A stretch of 64,000 nucleotides of DNA from the human T2T-CHM13v2.0 reference genome, Homo sapiens: assembly GCF_009914755.1 (NCBI RefSeq), contig NC_060938.1. One strand, 5' to 3'. The translations under genes and the position numbers were made by a program. The notes beneath the pieces were generated by a model, which saw only the letters and a list, made by a program, of their open reading frames with translations, ran no database searches and was not told where the DNA came from. Each line of letters starts with the position of its first letter. Positions within the stretch are counted from its first letter, which is position 1. Positions 42,421 through 58,379 of this stretch are shown in pieces.

Positions 42421-42829
42421 TAAAAAAAAAAAAAATTCTGGTTTTCTTACATTAGACAGTTAAGAGGAACGGATATGAGGGTGGGGGGCTTATTTTATTA
42501 AGAAGATCCAACCTGTGTGTATTTTAATTCATCATAAGTAGGAATGTGAGTGATTTGAAATGGGGACATAGATGAAGTCCTGGGGTCCCTTTGAGTAGGG
42601 TTGTCATAGCTACCTTGAATAAGGTACCTATGCTGCTACCTTGCCCACTCTGCTGTCTTCAAAATCTTACATCTCAAAAGAGGGGAAACGTAATAGAATT
42701 AAAGTGAAAAGGAAGTAAGATGTGAATGACTAGTATCCTAACATGGAGGTGAGTGGAACAAGAAATGAACATCTTTAATGATAAATGTTAACAAATCAAT
42801 TGATTTCAAGCTATGGCATGTGTAGAGAC

Positions 42830-43322
42830 CATGGTTCTCACCCTTGGCTGCACAGTAGAATCTCCTGGGAAGCTTTAAAAAACCCATTGTCCGGCCAGGC
42901 GTGGTGTCTCACGCCTGTAATCCCAGCACTTTGGGCGGCCGAGGCAGGTGGATCACAAGGTCAGGAGTTCAAGACCAGCCTGGCCAAGATGGTGAAATCC
43001 TGTTTCTACTAAAAATACAAAAATTTGCTGGGCGTGGTCGTGGGCGCCTATAATCCCAGCTACTCAGGAGGCTGAGGCAGAGAATTGCTTGAACTTGAGA
43101 GATGGAGGTTGCAGTGAGCTGAGATCACACCACTGCACTCCAGCCTGGGCAGCAGAGTAAGACTCCATCTCAAAAACAAACAAACAAACAAAAAAAACAA
43201 AAAAACAAAAAACCCCCACACAACTCATTGCCCAGGCCATGTTCCAGAGCAGTCATGTCAGAATCTGGGTTTGGACCCAGACATCAGTCTTTTAAAGACT
43301 CCCCAGGTGATTCCATTGCATA
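42830..43322. mobile_element. MER5A-like MITE interrupted by an Alu
   Basis: atggttctcacccttggctgcacagtagaatc ... ctccccaggtgattcc on either side of the Alu. Confidence 0.7.
42893..43212 (+). mobile_element. AluS
   Basis: Full dimer with (CAAA)n tail. Confidence 0.94.
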
Positions 43323-45106
43323 GCCAAAGCTGACAACACCTGGAAGGAGATGCTTCAGAGCAGAGGGCTTTTGGATACATCTTGCTTGTTCCATTCATTC
43401 TCCCTTTCCTTCCAAACAGACAGCCAAGGATTTAAATACACTTTTTTTTCCCCTCAGGAGCGAGGGCTTCCACATGATTTGTTTGAACTTCTTCAGTTTT
43501 TCAAGTAACTTCATAAAGTCAGTATACGCAAAGGGAAGGAAGGGAGTAAGTACATGCCAGATACTTGCCTATATACTTTAAATGTACTATCTTATGCTGC
43601 CCATCTATGGTTTTTCGGGTTACATATGAAAGACACCTGTTGAAGTTGTCAGTGTACCACCTGCAGGGCCTTATGTGGCTATTTTACATCGTCATGAGAG
43701 ACACAAACATCTTTGTATAGGCAAAGGTGTTTTGGATATGAAAGACAGAATGGTTCTTTTCTTGTCTGGAGCCAAGGCATGATGGGAGGTATATACATAT
43801 TATTGAGCCTGGTGGAAACACATTATGAAAGACCACAAAAATTTAAAATGGCTCAGAGAAGTCTGGTCTTGATTAAGGTAGTCATAAAGACACCCACAAA
43901 TAAAGTAATAATGTGGTAAAAAAACAAAACTGTGTCTTAGGGTGATTTTGCAAGTGTGTTCAGGTTAGTCTGGAAAGGGGAGAGATGTGAGACAGTTATG
44001 AGGCTGTTGAGTAAGTGATGCAGAGTAGCTGGGCTTGGGTGGTGGAAGTGGGAAGCAAGAAAAAGTTCATCAGACCAGAGAGCAAGCAGAGGAGTTAGAG
44101 GCAATTGGTTTTCTTAGTTTAATTTGCTCTCGTCACGCTCAAACTGAACTTATATGTCTCTTGTCACTTGGTATTAGGGCTGAGGGTTGTTTTTTCTTTG
44201 TATAAATGTGAATAGAATAAAAAGGAACTGAATAGAAATCTCTTCTCTGTCCACTTTAACAATGTGGCTGTTATCAGTTGGCTTTCTGGTATAAGCTGCT
44301 TCTATTGTTCTGTGATACTTTAATGCACCATTTTTCTTCATTATTTGAATAAGGAAGATTTGCCAAATATATCATTAAATGGAGAAGGAATATGTGAAAT
44401 TCAATATGGGAAGTGATCTGCTGTTCTCTCAAGAAAGAGGGAATAATTATAAGGTCTACTGGAGAATGAGTTCAGAAGTCTGACAAACTGGCCTTTGGCA
44501 AATTATGAAGAAGGTCTTCAGTGCTTCTTGCATTTTTTCCTCTTTTCCAAAAATGTAATTTCTATTAAAAGCCTCTATAAAGTAATTCAAGCAGTAGTAT
44601 TAACAACAGCTGCATCTTCAACATTTACCTCTGCAAAGGGAAAATGGAATCTATTTCTGTAATAGTGAGAGTCAGGCATGATGAGGAGAGAGATTGTCAC
44701 TAAGGGTGATTCTTGAGTCCTTCAAATAATACCACATAGGAGACTACCTCTTATGTATGTATCTATGCTCCTATCTTGGAAGTAACTAGGAATAAAATGC
44801 TGTTTCATAATACATTTAAGTGCAGTGTTTACTTCTGTTAGCTTCTATCTGTCCTCCCACAGTCCAAATGCTTGGGCATGGCCTCTAAGTTCCTTGAAAA
44901 TCTAGACCAGCTGGCCTGTTGTTCCTTCTCTCGACATTTTCCTTCCTGCATCTGTAACAAGCCATGCTCATTCAGAAATTCATACCTTGGAATATGGTTT
45001 CTTCTCTGTCTGGGAAATTACCTTATTCTTTACCCCAAACTTCTCTGCCTGGAAAAATTGCTGTACGTACTCTGAATCATAGCTAAAATGTCATCTGCTT
45101 GGTTAA

Positions 45107-45454
<348 letters not shown>

Positions 45455-48400
45455 AGTTCTCCCCTTATTTTCATATGGTGTCTGTCATAACATAATCATA
45501 GACACAGCATTCAATTTGAGATATTACTACTCCAGCTGTTTTTTTTTCTATTCCATAAGTACCTATTTTTGTTGATACATTTGTATGACTTTGAAATCCG
45601 GAGACAATTAGCATACAATTTGTTTCCTTTATTTTGTTGATTAAATACATACAAACTAACAGACTTTAAATAATTGGCAGATCTTCCTTAGGGAAAGCTA
45701 GCTCTCATACCTATACTGGAAATCTGAGGGTGTGAATCAGATTCCTGGGCGTGCTGGACATTTTGTATTTAGGAATGATTTGAGGGAGAAAGCCTCACCT
45801 CAAAAGTTCTATTTGCAATTTTATATATAATGCATCAAAGAATATTTAAAGGTAAATTATGTTGGTTGATAACTTGATGTCATTACCATAAGAAGAGATT
45901 CAAAGATGGTGTATTTTAGCTTATTTGAATTTTCTGTGCAATATTTTGTATAGACAAATGTAGGATTTGTATAAGTGGGTACACAGTTACCTCATTATAA
46001 TGGCAAAAACTATTTGTTAAATACCATATGGACTTGATGTGCTCAATTCTATATAAATGTGTTAATTCTGGTAGTTATCCCATAATCTGTTGGATTATGC
46101 TCTTTTATAATGAGTAACGAGCTAGGTAAATAAAAATGAATCTAAACTTTGTATGGATTAATACAGAAGATGTCATTTTGTATATGTAGGATACAAGGTT
46201 TCCTTTTCATTTTTCTCCTTTCTGCTTCTTGTGATCTGCATGTATCTCTTCTTAGTAGTTATAAACCTGAGATATCTGTATTTCAAAAAAAATTTTATTT
46301 TTACTATCATAGATTAAGTTATAGACATGTAAGAATAGATTGTTAGAAAATGATAAGTTTTCTTAGAGCTAGTAGACATCTGTTTTTTTTTTAATTTTCA
46401 AGATTATTAGGCTTAGATTTCCTATAGATCTACAAGCAACTATTTTTTTTGTCTGTTACGGGATCAAAAGTATAAATATTTTATAACTGTTTAATGTAGT
46501 TACTTTAAAATTCAGTACATCTTTAAAAATGCAATTCCATGAATGTGTTGCAGGTTTCCAGAACAAGTTTATTGACACTTAAAGCACAAGGCTTTATAAA
46601 GACAATGTATTTATTTGATAGAATTTTATGGTTTCTACTTTTATTTTAAAAAGCAAATGTGGTATTTTTTTACTCATCACACTTAAATTATTTGTTTGTG
46701 GTCTTTTATTGATTTTTTATAGATTTGTTACCCAAAGATAGCAAAAAATTCTTATTCTGAAATGAAACTATTTAAGATAATTATGTTTTCCTCTCCTCAT
46801 GTTATGACCCCAGCTAGGCATCACAGTATGAATTCCATATTTACAACTATTCTCAGCCATATTTGACTTAAAACCAGTGATTCAAGGCCTAGCAAACAAC
46901 TCGTCTCTCTACTTAAAAAACTTCATGCACACTCAGCCTGCACTGCTCTGAGAGCACCTTGTCTCTTGATACATAATTTAGCACCAGTGTTTACTACCTT
47001 GCATTCTCATTTGCTTTTTTCATATGTTGTTTTCTAGTTTCCTCAAACAAAGCTAAGAGCTTTTTAAGGGCAGTTTCTCCTACTTTTTTGTATAAAATTG
47101 CAAATTCTATTTTGGTCAACTAATTGACTGAATCCTCGTGTTATGATTTTAAATTTTCCTTCTGTTCTTTCTAAGTGGCATTGCCGTACTAAAAATAACC
47201 ATAACTTCCCAAGGACATTTCATTCACAAGTATTTAAAAATTAGTGTAATTGTTCATAGAAGCTTTGGAGTTAGGACTCGGCCAAAAAAGCAGAATTTTC
47301 CTGGAATTAACCCAGAGCAAAATTTGACATTTTTAAACAATAAGAATGAGATGTTGGGTAACCTTAATTAAGTTTCTTCAAAGATAGCAGACTCTAGTTA
47401 ATACGACCTAAAGTTTGGGTCAAGTTAAATTTTGAAACCCTTTGAAAGTCTTTTATTAATTCAACTCTTCAAAATTATCAGTGTATCACATAATCATGTT
47501 TGAGAGAAAGTAGAATTATGCATCTCCCTCCATCTTGGACTAGTTGGCAACTTAATAATTCATTTACATCCATTATCTGTCCAAATGAGAGGATGTGCTC
47601 ACTCATGGCCTTCTCTCTAACAGCTCCTACAGTGGGAGTCTTGGTTTCAAAGGTTAAAACAAGTACACCGACATATTTAAATCAGTTACAAATCTACCCA
47701 TGCACATTGCTTTTTCTGTGGTAAGGACAGCAAATGGGAAGAACTAGAAATGAAATGCACTGGACATTTTGATTAATGATGCCCCGGACCAAAGGTCCTT
47801 TTTCAGGGAAGGAAAAACATCTATAAATGAGGTAAAGTTGAGTGATTTTCATTTGTAGTTGGATAACAATACTTCAGTGGCAGCTTCTCTTTGTTCTCAA
47901 TTGCCTGGACTAGAACCAAAATCTGGCATCCACATCTTATTACTAACTTTATAACGTGGCAATGCCTCCCTTTCCTGGGTCTCAGCTTCATCACTGTAAG
48001 CGGAGGGAACTACAGAGTACCTTCTAACCCTAACATTTCGTGACAATAACCAAGTACACCCTAAGCAAACTGTAAATTTGTTGCCAAGTTTGTGGCCTTG
48101 ATCCCCAATCTATTCTTTCTGCATCTGGGTGAGGACCCTTTCTTCCTCTTAAAATTTCTCAAGTCCTTTACTCTTCTAGTAATAATTCGAGTGAGCTACC
48201 TATCCTTTATGCTTTGTTTTCCTCAAAGCACATGAATTATCTCAGTTAATCTTTAAAATAATATCTGGCCCTCTAGTGTGGGACCTGAGGTACAAAGAGG
48301 GTAATTTACTTGCCTAAAATCACACAACTACAAAGTGGTAGAGCTAGGAATAAAAACTAGGTCTTTCTAATCCTAAAGTGTGTGTTAACCTTTTTAGATT

Positions 48401-48609
48401 GGTAATTTTTTGAGAATATGATGAAAACTATAAACTGTCTTCTCAAGACATTGCACACATGTGCCAGTAATATTTTGCATACTATATCAAGAGACCCTTT
48501 GAAACCCATTCATGGGGGACTCCAAGTTAATACCTGTAGTATACTATATCATATTGCTTTTTCAGTTTACTTTTTTCCTGATTTCAAAATGGAAAGATCC
48601 TGAGAGAGT

Positions 48610-48725
48610 AAGGGAGATATTAGCAATGCATACTTAATTCTACAATCTTGATTCTACAAGGGAGATATTATTCTAAAGGGAGATATTAGCAATGCATACT
48701 TGATTCTACAATCTTGATTCTACAA
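48610..48725 (+). repeat. Complex 50-bp tandem duplication
   Basis: 48610-48659 and 48676-48725 differ at 1 base; 16-bp spacer built from pieces of the unit. Confidence 0.93.
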
Positions 48726-49002
48726 TGTTTAGTAAAAGATAGATACCTGGATTCTTGTTTGCATTAGGTTTCCTCACATACATGAGCATCAGCAACTTTG
48801 GGGAAGCTCTCATTCCCAGGTAGAAGATGAGATTGCAGGAGAGATCATCACCCTGACAAATTAACTCTCCAGTCTGCTCTACAATGTCCGAATTTCCTTT
48901 ACCCTCTACAAAGGCTTTCTATAATTAGAAGTTAGGCATTAAAAATTAATGTCATTGGGAGAAGTAATGCATTCACTTCCATTTACATCAAGAATAAATA
49001 CC

Positions 49003-49340
<338 letters not shown>

Positions 49341-49789
49341 TTAGAAAAGATTTTTTGATGGAGAAGACAGCTCTGGTCCCATAAAGAGGGAAGGGAAATG
49401 CTTCAGAAAGAGGCCCTGCCAATCAACTGCCAGTTTTTACTTTGAGTCATATGGCCTGAGGACTGATAATCTAATTTAAGTAGAACAAATTAGATTCCAA
49501 GCAAGTAGGTAGTAACTGCTAAAATAGTGGAAGGTATTCTTGAAACTAGATTGGGGCTGTCTTCCAGAATTTATAGGGCATATTGAGATGTCCTGGCCCC
49601 TTTTCTTGATAGTGGTTAATTTAGTTCAAACTGCCTCAGAGATTTCAGAAGCACACTGAGAGCAATAAAAGCTTGATGCCTCTTTAGTGTCAGCCAGCTT
49701 TTAATGGCTGGAATGGGAGTTCTTCAAATTAGTGATAGTCAGTTGTCATGCCTACCCTCGTGCCTCCTTCTTGCCTGCTGGCTGGTTCC

Positions 49790-50010
49790 AGGAGTGAGGC
49801 AGAGTGGAAAGCCCCCAGGATTTGGAGATGGCAGGCCTAGTTCTGCTCCTGTTTCTGCTACTTACTAGAAGTTGGACACCAGGCAATTTAGTAATTTCTA
49901 TGAACCTGAATTTCCTTAGCTGTAAATATTCACCTCTGAAGGTTGTTGTAAAAATCAAGATCATTCTTTAGAAGAATTTTGAAATTTCTGATGCTACATG
50001 AAATGTTAGT
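49790..50010 (+). mobile_element. MIR
   Basis: ctacttactagaagttgg...cctgaatttccttagctgtaaa core. Confidence 0.6.
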
Positions 50011-50083
50011 AGTTCTGATTATGATTCTATCCCAACCCAAATACTGCTTGCTGATTTTGTGACTGTGGTAGGGTGAGCTGGGA

Positions 50084-50116
<33 letters not shown>

Positions 50117-51470
50117 GAGAGGGAGAGGGATTGATTTGTGGCAACTTATATATGCTACCAATCAAAATACACTCTTCTATAATTTGGTTTTGGTCATTAA
50201 AACACAATGAAATATAGGAAATATAGCCTCACTTAACAAGGCCTGCAAGGGGCAGGGCATATTTTGTTTGAAATTTTTAGTTAACACAATGAGATAAAAA
50301 TAAGTTTGACTCTCCATTGTACTATATTTTTATTGTGTATTAGTACACTTTCTCTTTCAAAAATCAAGTGCATAGTACTGAACATACCTAAAGCTTTCTC
50401 AGGATTAATGATACTGAAGTTTTTGAAGTCATCAGTTATAATATCATTTTCACGTAAGAGTAACAGATTTGGATGTATTAAGAGATTTATACTGCAAGTT
50501 TGCTCCTTGCTTCAATATCTTTTCTTGAGGTTTCTTTTTTTCCTTCTAAAAAGTAGAAGGAGGGAGGAATTGAATTAATTGAGGGCCTTGGTTAATTATA
50601 GTTTTACTGTTAAGAATGCTACAATTTGGGCCAATTTGGTCTTTAAGAAAGCTTCTTTAAATCCCAATATAGAAAAAATCCCTTCTATGTGAATATGTTT
50701 ACTATATCATTTATAATAGTAAAATGTTGAAAATAACAAAACGAGGAAAGTGGCTTTATTATTATGTTTTATCTATCTAATATCTGGTAGTGGAAAAAAT
50801 TAGTTTACTCTATTGCTTTATATTTGCAAGTGGATTGGAATTTGGAAATACTTATGAACAAACAAACATGTCTCCTACTTTGTGCAGGTCTGAAAGTCAG
50901 ATTAGCCTTTAGCTAGTTTGCATGATTCATCAAGACTAAATTTTATACTGGCTGGTATACAAGAAAATAAGATATTTTGTTGCTTCAGTAATTTTGATAT
51001 AATCAAAACTCATAAGAAGAAAACATGAGCTTCCTAATTACTACATATTCACTTAGTGAGTTGAATAATTTATTATCCTTTTTTAAAAAACCTGATCCTA
51101 CTTTCAATGTTCCAGTTCCCATTTTCTGCTTCCTTCCATTTATTTTTCTTTCTGGCCTGTTCTGCAGAGTTTGCACAAAAGATATAGCTTTATTTGTATA
51201 CAGCTATTTATTTCCTAGTATGTGGACTAGTATCTAGGAAACTTGCCAAATTAGCATAGTTATGCCAAAGTACAGAAACTATGTGTATAAAATGTGCACT
51301 TGGGCCTAATATTGCAGGCATTGCAGCTTTTTAGATAAAGCTGTCGTTGACTAATTTATTTCTGTATCTTCTAGTTGTCTCCTAGACACAAGTTGGTTGT
51401 TTTTGTTGTTGTTTAAACAAAACATTTAATATTTTTTATTATAAAATAACACATAAAATATCTATGTTGA

Positions 51471-51657
51471 CTGCATTGCCCAATATGGTAGCCACTAGTT
51501 ACATGTGGCTATTTAAATTTAAATAAATTATAATGAAATAAAACTGAAAAAAATGCAATTTCTTAGTCACACTAGCCACCTTTTAATAGTAGTTAGTGGC
51601 AACTGTACTGGACAGCAAAGATTTCCAAATTATATAGAATTCTATTGGATAGTGCTG
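51471..51657. mobile_element. MER3/MER33-like hAT MITE
   Basis: ccaatatggtagccactagttacatgtggctatttaaattt motif; ends attggatagtgctg. Confidence 0.75.
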
Positions 51658-51756
51658 ATTGATGTCTTAACCCTACTTCCTCCACCCCTTTTCTCCAAAT
51701 CAAAGGTAAGTTGTGGCCATATTTCTACTTTACCAACTATAACTCTATGCTATCAT

Positions 51757-52104
51757 TTTTCTTTTTCTTTTTCTTTTCTTTACATTTTTTTTTTTTTTTT
51801 TTTTTTTTTTGAGACATGGTATTGCTCTGTTGCCCAGGCTGGAGTCCAGTGGTGCAATCACGGCTCACTGCAGCCTTCACCTCTGGGGCTCCAGCAATCC
51901 TCCCACCTCAGCTTCCTAGCTGGGACTACAAGCATGCACCACCACACCCAGGTCACCATGCTTGGCTAATTTTTCTATATGTTTTGTAGAGATGGGCTTT
52001 TGCCTTGTTGCCCAGGCTGGTCTCAAACTCCTGAGCTCAAGCAATCTGCCGACCTTGGCCTCCTAAAGTGCTGGGATTACAGGTGTGGGCCACCATGCCC
52101 AGCC
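51757..52104 (-). mobile_element. AluJ
   Basis: Long T-tail; TSD ctatgctat(c/a)attttt. Confidence 0.92.
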
Positions 52105-52298
52105 TATGCTATAATTTTTAACGCTGCATATTAATCCACTGCCTGGCTGTGTTTTAATATATTTTCCTAGTCTCCTATTCATGGATATATAGGTTGCTTC
52201 TGTTTTTTCCCTATTATAAAAAGTGTGGTGATTATTTTCTTTGAGAATACATCTTTGTATACTTGTCTAAAATATTTAAAATTGGAATTGCTTAGTCA

Positions 52299-52437
52299 GA
52301 CTGGGCACAGAGGCTTATACCTGTAATTCCAGCACTTGGGGAGGCTGGTGAGGGAGAATTGCTTGAGGCCAGGAGTTTGTGACCAGCCTGGGCAAAATAG
52401 GGAGACCCTGTTTCTACAGAAAAAAAAAGAAAGAAAA
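52299..52437 (+). mobile_element. FLAM / left Alu monomer
   Basis: Monomer plus A-tail; TSD ggaattgctt(a/g)gtca. Confidence 0.85.
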
Positions 52438-53305
52438 GGAATTGCTTGGTCAAAGGCTATGCATGTTTTACATTTTAGTACATGTTGTTGAACTGTGCTC
52501 CAGAGACCATATTAATAAACAATTCCTTGGTTGATTGTGAATATTCTTATGTACTGGGGCAAGTGACTGAAATTCTCTAAGTCTCATTTAATTTTTCTGT
52601 TCAAAATAGGAATAATAGTATCTACCATTTACCTTACTAGGTAGCTGTGAGATACAAATTAAATAATACATGTAAATACTTTTAAAAAATGAAAGTGCTA
52701 CTGTCACGTATAGTATTCATACTATGAAGCCATCCGTTGTTGGAAGGATGAAAGTCAGAGACCCTGAATCCTCTGTGATCTTAGTTTAACACTCAAAATA
52801 AGGAATGGTGGTAACATGAGCTTTAAAGACTTCCTCATGGGAAAGAGAATCCTAGCTTCAGAAACATAATTTATTATTGTAGACATAAGCACACCAATAT
52901 GAATGTAGGATTTTCCATTCAAGGACATTTAGAGAAGTGGGATAATTTTTGTTTTAATCTGAGAATTGGGTAACATATCATCCAGCTCCACTCCTCATTC
53001 TACAGATGAGAAAGCAGAGGCCCCGAGAAGTTGAATTCTCATGTTCAAACTGCTGACATGTGGCAGAATCTAGGTTAGACCTCAGCCCTCTGACCCTCTA
53101 TCCAGCGTCCTTTCCTCTATATCCCACAGCTCTAATGATATAGTCAGGAGGTGGCGGGATTTTTTTTCTATCCCTCAGATGAAAATTAAGCCAGTGTTGT
53201 AATCTAGTTTGATAACTATTAGTTATCTAGAAGTGTATTCTTAAAATCAATGCCTGTATAGGCTTACTGGGCTATTTGAAAGTCAGGCTACTAAATTCTT
53301 ATTAG

Positions 53306-53638
<333 letters not shown>

Positions 53639-54372
53639 GAATTTTTCAAACTGACTCTTTAAGCCAAATTAGAAATAAAATCTTTTTCTCATGAATGGCA
53701 TCCAAGTTAGACAGCATTCCTTAGAAGTGAATTATTTGGTAAAGCTCTCAGAGTCTGTCTGTCTTTGGCTCATCTCTGAACTTTAGTTCATTTCATTTTA
53801 TGACTTTACATGAAGAAACCATGAGTACGGATGGCCTTAAGTTATGCAGGAGATTTCAGTCAGCCTGCAAAACAAACCAGATGACCAAGTCCTCTCAGAA
53901 CTGTCTGAACATGTCTCAAAGTCCATTCCCTGAATCTATCCCCAGGTACCTTCCTCAGGATCTCTCTTTTCACTGGCATTTTAAAAAAAATATCTGATAG
54001 AAGCTAGCAATAAATAACTAAGAGAAATTGAGATTGATGGCCCTTTTATTTCTTTGCATCTAGGTCTTGTATGAAGCAGCAGAGCTTTTATATTTAGAAA
54101 GGGAACACCCCCTTCAGCGAGTCATGTGCTAGAACACAACCGATGAGAATGCTTGTCCTTCTATAGCAAGGCTTGCAAGGTTTCTGGGCAGAGCTCAGCT
54201 TCTCATGTGGCCATGCCTGACTCCTGTGCCACAAGGCTTTACATGCAAAGCAGTAGTTGGTCTTGCACTTGCTAATGTTTTCAACTATGAAACAGTAGAA
54301 AATGAGGTCACATGAGGCAAGGACTAATGCTGGAGCAGACCAGCAGGAAGATAAATTACAGTGAAAACTTGA

Positions 54373-54822
54373 CCTTCCTTCCTTCCTTCCTTCCCTCCCT
54401 CCCTCCTTCCCTCTCTCCTTCCCTCCCTCCCTCCCTCCCTCCTTCCCTCCTTCTCTCCTTCCCTCCTTCCCTCCCTCCCTCCTTCCCTCCCTCCTTCCCT
54501 CCTTCCCTCCTTCCCTCCTTCCCTCCCTCCCTCCTTCCCTCCCTCCCTCCTTCCCTCCCTCCCTCCTTCCTTCCCTCCCTCCTTCCCTCCTTCTCTCCTT
54601 CCCTCCCTCCCTCCCTCCCTCCCTCCTTCCCTCCCTCCTTCCCTCCTTCCCTCCCTCCTTCCCTCCTTCCCTCCTTCCCTCCTTCTCTCCTTCCCTCCCT
54701 CCCTCCTTCCCTCCCTCCCTCCCTCCCTCCCTCCTTCCCTCCCTCCTTCCCTCCTTCTCTCCTTCCCTGCTTTCTCTCTTCCTCTCTTCCTCTGTTTCTC
54801 CCTTTCTCCCTTTCTTCCTTTC
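54373..54822. repeat. About 450-bp polypyrimidine (CCCT/CCTT)n tract
   Basis: Almost purine-free on the + strand; source of the spurious 182/183-aa ORFs. Confidence 0.97.
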
Positions 54823-55154
<332 letters not shown>

Positions 55155-58100
55155 TTAGGTCTTTAAAGAGTTTTGCTTTTTAAATTTCAGATTTCTCTTT
55201 TGCTATATATAAATAGGCATATAATTTTAGATTTGAAATGAGTAAGATTATTTTCCCCAATGTAAGTGCTTCTTTATGTTAAATTGTTTTCTTTCTTTTA
55301 TTCATTTAAAAATTGGGTTGTCTATTTTTCTTGAACATGCAGCAATTAGATAGTGTGATGATTTGGATGTGAGAATTATCCATTGGAATACTGTCTCAGT
55401 GTATTTGCCAAATTGTCATCAAGCATAATTTACTCAAAATCCTGAGATTCTTCCTTGAAAATTAATTTGAAAATAAATTTGCTTGCCCTCTCCTCTTTTG
55501 AAGCAAAATTGGTTCACTTTAAAATTTTCTTTTGTGATGTTGTTGCTAGGGGAACAATATGGTAAACCTTGTAATCTCTGTCCTCTTTATTTTCTTTAGA
55601 TCTACTCTGATCTGTTTTTATCAGTTCTGTCCTATTTTAAAATTATATAACACTTGTAACCTGCCCCCAACCTACTTTGGAAGTACTGAAGTATAAATCC
55701 TAAACAAATGACTGAATTTACTGACTATGCATCTGCCTAGATAAATGGGTTGGGGGTAAAGGTGATTCACCAAAGAAGGACATTCTGGAGTGGCTGCTTT
55801 GATTAGAAGAAGGGATTTTATTGTAATCTTAACCTGGTGATTTTTTTAAGAGCTGAAGATTTTATTTGTTTCTGTTTTTTTTCGGTGGTAGAGGAGCATA
55901 TGTAGTAAAGGACAGATATATATGCATTTCAAAAATTTAGAAATGGCTAGACTTAATAAATACATAAGTATAGTTGATTATAAAGCAGAAACAGTAATAG
56001 TGCTAATACCGATGGGATCCATGGAAATTGGCCTAAATGTTTTCACGGTGTCTTATATGAAAAGCAACATTCACCATGGTTTAATTTTAATGCTGAGCAG
56101 TCTTATACTACTTTCAATGTCATTAGTGCCATCTTACTTAATTTGTCAAATCTTTCAAAATGAAGAAAAAATAGAAATATTGTCTTTAGGCCACAGAAAT
56201 ATAGTTTAATTTTGACTTCAAAAAAACCAAAGAGATCAAAATCTTTTTACAAAAACCAAAATACAAGCACAAAGCTATAATACTATTTAAACAAATCACC
56301 AAATACAACTGTTTTCAGAAGTAAACATGCAAAATTTTTTGTTTTATTATCAAATAACAAAAAGATTTAGCTGATGACAAGTCTTTTAAAGTGAATTATG
56401 CTATCAAATTGAAATTTTTGTGGATGTGTAATCTAAGTCAATCAAGTACATGTTATCATTCGATAATGGTTTGTCAAATGGCTGGGTCAAAATATCTGTC
56501 TCAAAATAGGTACCTTAAATTATCATGTATCTGTGGTTGGCAGGTAGGACTGGTCGTGACCAGAGTCAGAGAAGAGGATCTTGTCCAAGGACCCCAAATA
56601 TAACTCTTAATGGACGTGCTGTTTCTTTTGTGCTAATAATTTTATGCATTTTTAATCAAAGGAAGATACTAACTTACCCAAGAGGAGGGAATTACATGCA
56701 TTAGGAGAAATAATTTATATGAAAAAATCAATGATCTTCAACTTATGATGTTGAAATAAATGGTAGTCTTCAAAATACTTTTAAAACTTCAAAATATGGG
56801 ATGGAAATTATAAATTTAGCCAAGATGTAACTTCATAGACAGACTTTTTTTATTGCCCTCTGTCTGAAATTATATCAAATCCACAAGGTAGCTAGCATCT
56901 CTTATATCATATTAGTCAGGGAACTCTGAGCAGCAGTTAAATGTGTCACTGATTAAATGGAAAAAAACAAATCATTTCTGAATAAATTTAATTTGTTGAA
57001 CAGGCACAATAGACGTTTCTTGGTGAAGACAAGGCTGGACTACTACTGAGTGGTATCTACTGAGTAGGGCCTGAGGAAATCCAATATAGAAAAGGTAGAT
57101 ATTGATCAAGTGGGAAAGGGGGAAAGGCTGAAGCTCCCTTGGCAATGGACATTTTTAGCAGTATCAGGTAAGGTCTTGAGGATTCTGAACCCTATTACAT
57201 CTTCTTCACTGTTTGGCTTCAAATGGCCCTGGTGTGGAATAGAGGTAACTCAGAATTAGAAACTTGCCTTGGGTAACTGAGAGTTCTTAATATAACAAAT
57301 ATGGTGAGAGTATTCCCTCTCCCATCATACCCAGTAATGTGCTAGGGGAGGCTGAACTAAAAAAAAATCTTAACCTTCTTGTTAATTAAAGGGTCAACTT
57401 TAGAACTTCAACACAGTACTAGATGAGAGAGCAAAACCAAACAGAATGATGACCACGCTGGAAATTCCTCCCTGTGTGCTGCTGGCGCTGACATCCTGAT
57501 AGAGTTCAGGCGCCTGGTGAAGCTACACAGACAGTGCCTGGTCTCCAGACCACATGCTTTTCATCTACGTCATAAACATGAAATGTCTGAATTGTTCCAT
57601 TGGCATTTTCATCTCTGTTTAGATAGAGATGTTATAAACTTTAGTTATATAATTGGGACCCATATCATGCCAAAGTAAAAAATTTAAACATTTCCATTCA
57701 CTTGCCTGAGACCTCCTTCTCCTAATTTTGCAAAGCTGACTTGGTCATTTCAGTAACTCACAATTATTTACTCTGACATTTTGGGATTACATCAGACATT
57801 CTATGGTACAGTTATTTTCCAATGACCAAAGTCATATCTTATTCTATCTGCCTACTTGATAGCAAGTTAGTGTGAGTGAAAAGCCTTGGCAAATACATAT
57901 AAGTATATAAAAGAAAGTTAATTTGTTTAGGATGGAAATTCTTTTACCACCCTAGAACTGCATTAGCATCATAATTATTTCAAATTTGCTTTCATTTTTA
58001 AGAAGGGTGCCCAAAGTAAAGTCTACTTAGAAAAAACAATTTTTTAGATTAAGATAATGATCATTTTTCTAATTATGTACATCTTTAATATATGCTCCAA

Positions 58101-58379
58101 TAACTATGAGCTGAGAGTTGTAATGTTGTCTCCCTATAAACTTGAAGAAGCTTTTAACTTCTGGTATGTTGTTTTTTTCTTCAGTAAAGTAAGGATAAAT
58201 ACTGACTTCAAAAAATTCATGAGTGGTAATGATGTTACCTAATTTTTGCAGATGACAGAAGCTGTATAATTATATATGTTGCTGATGCTATACTTAGTTT
58301 TATATATTCTTAGGAAGTTTTCCTATATTATTTGTAATTGTAAATGTCGCTGAAAGTATTATTAGTAGTCACAATAGGA

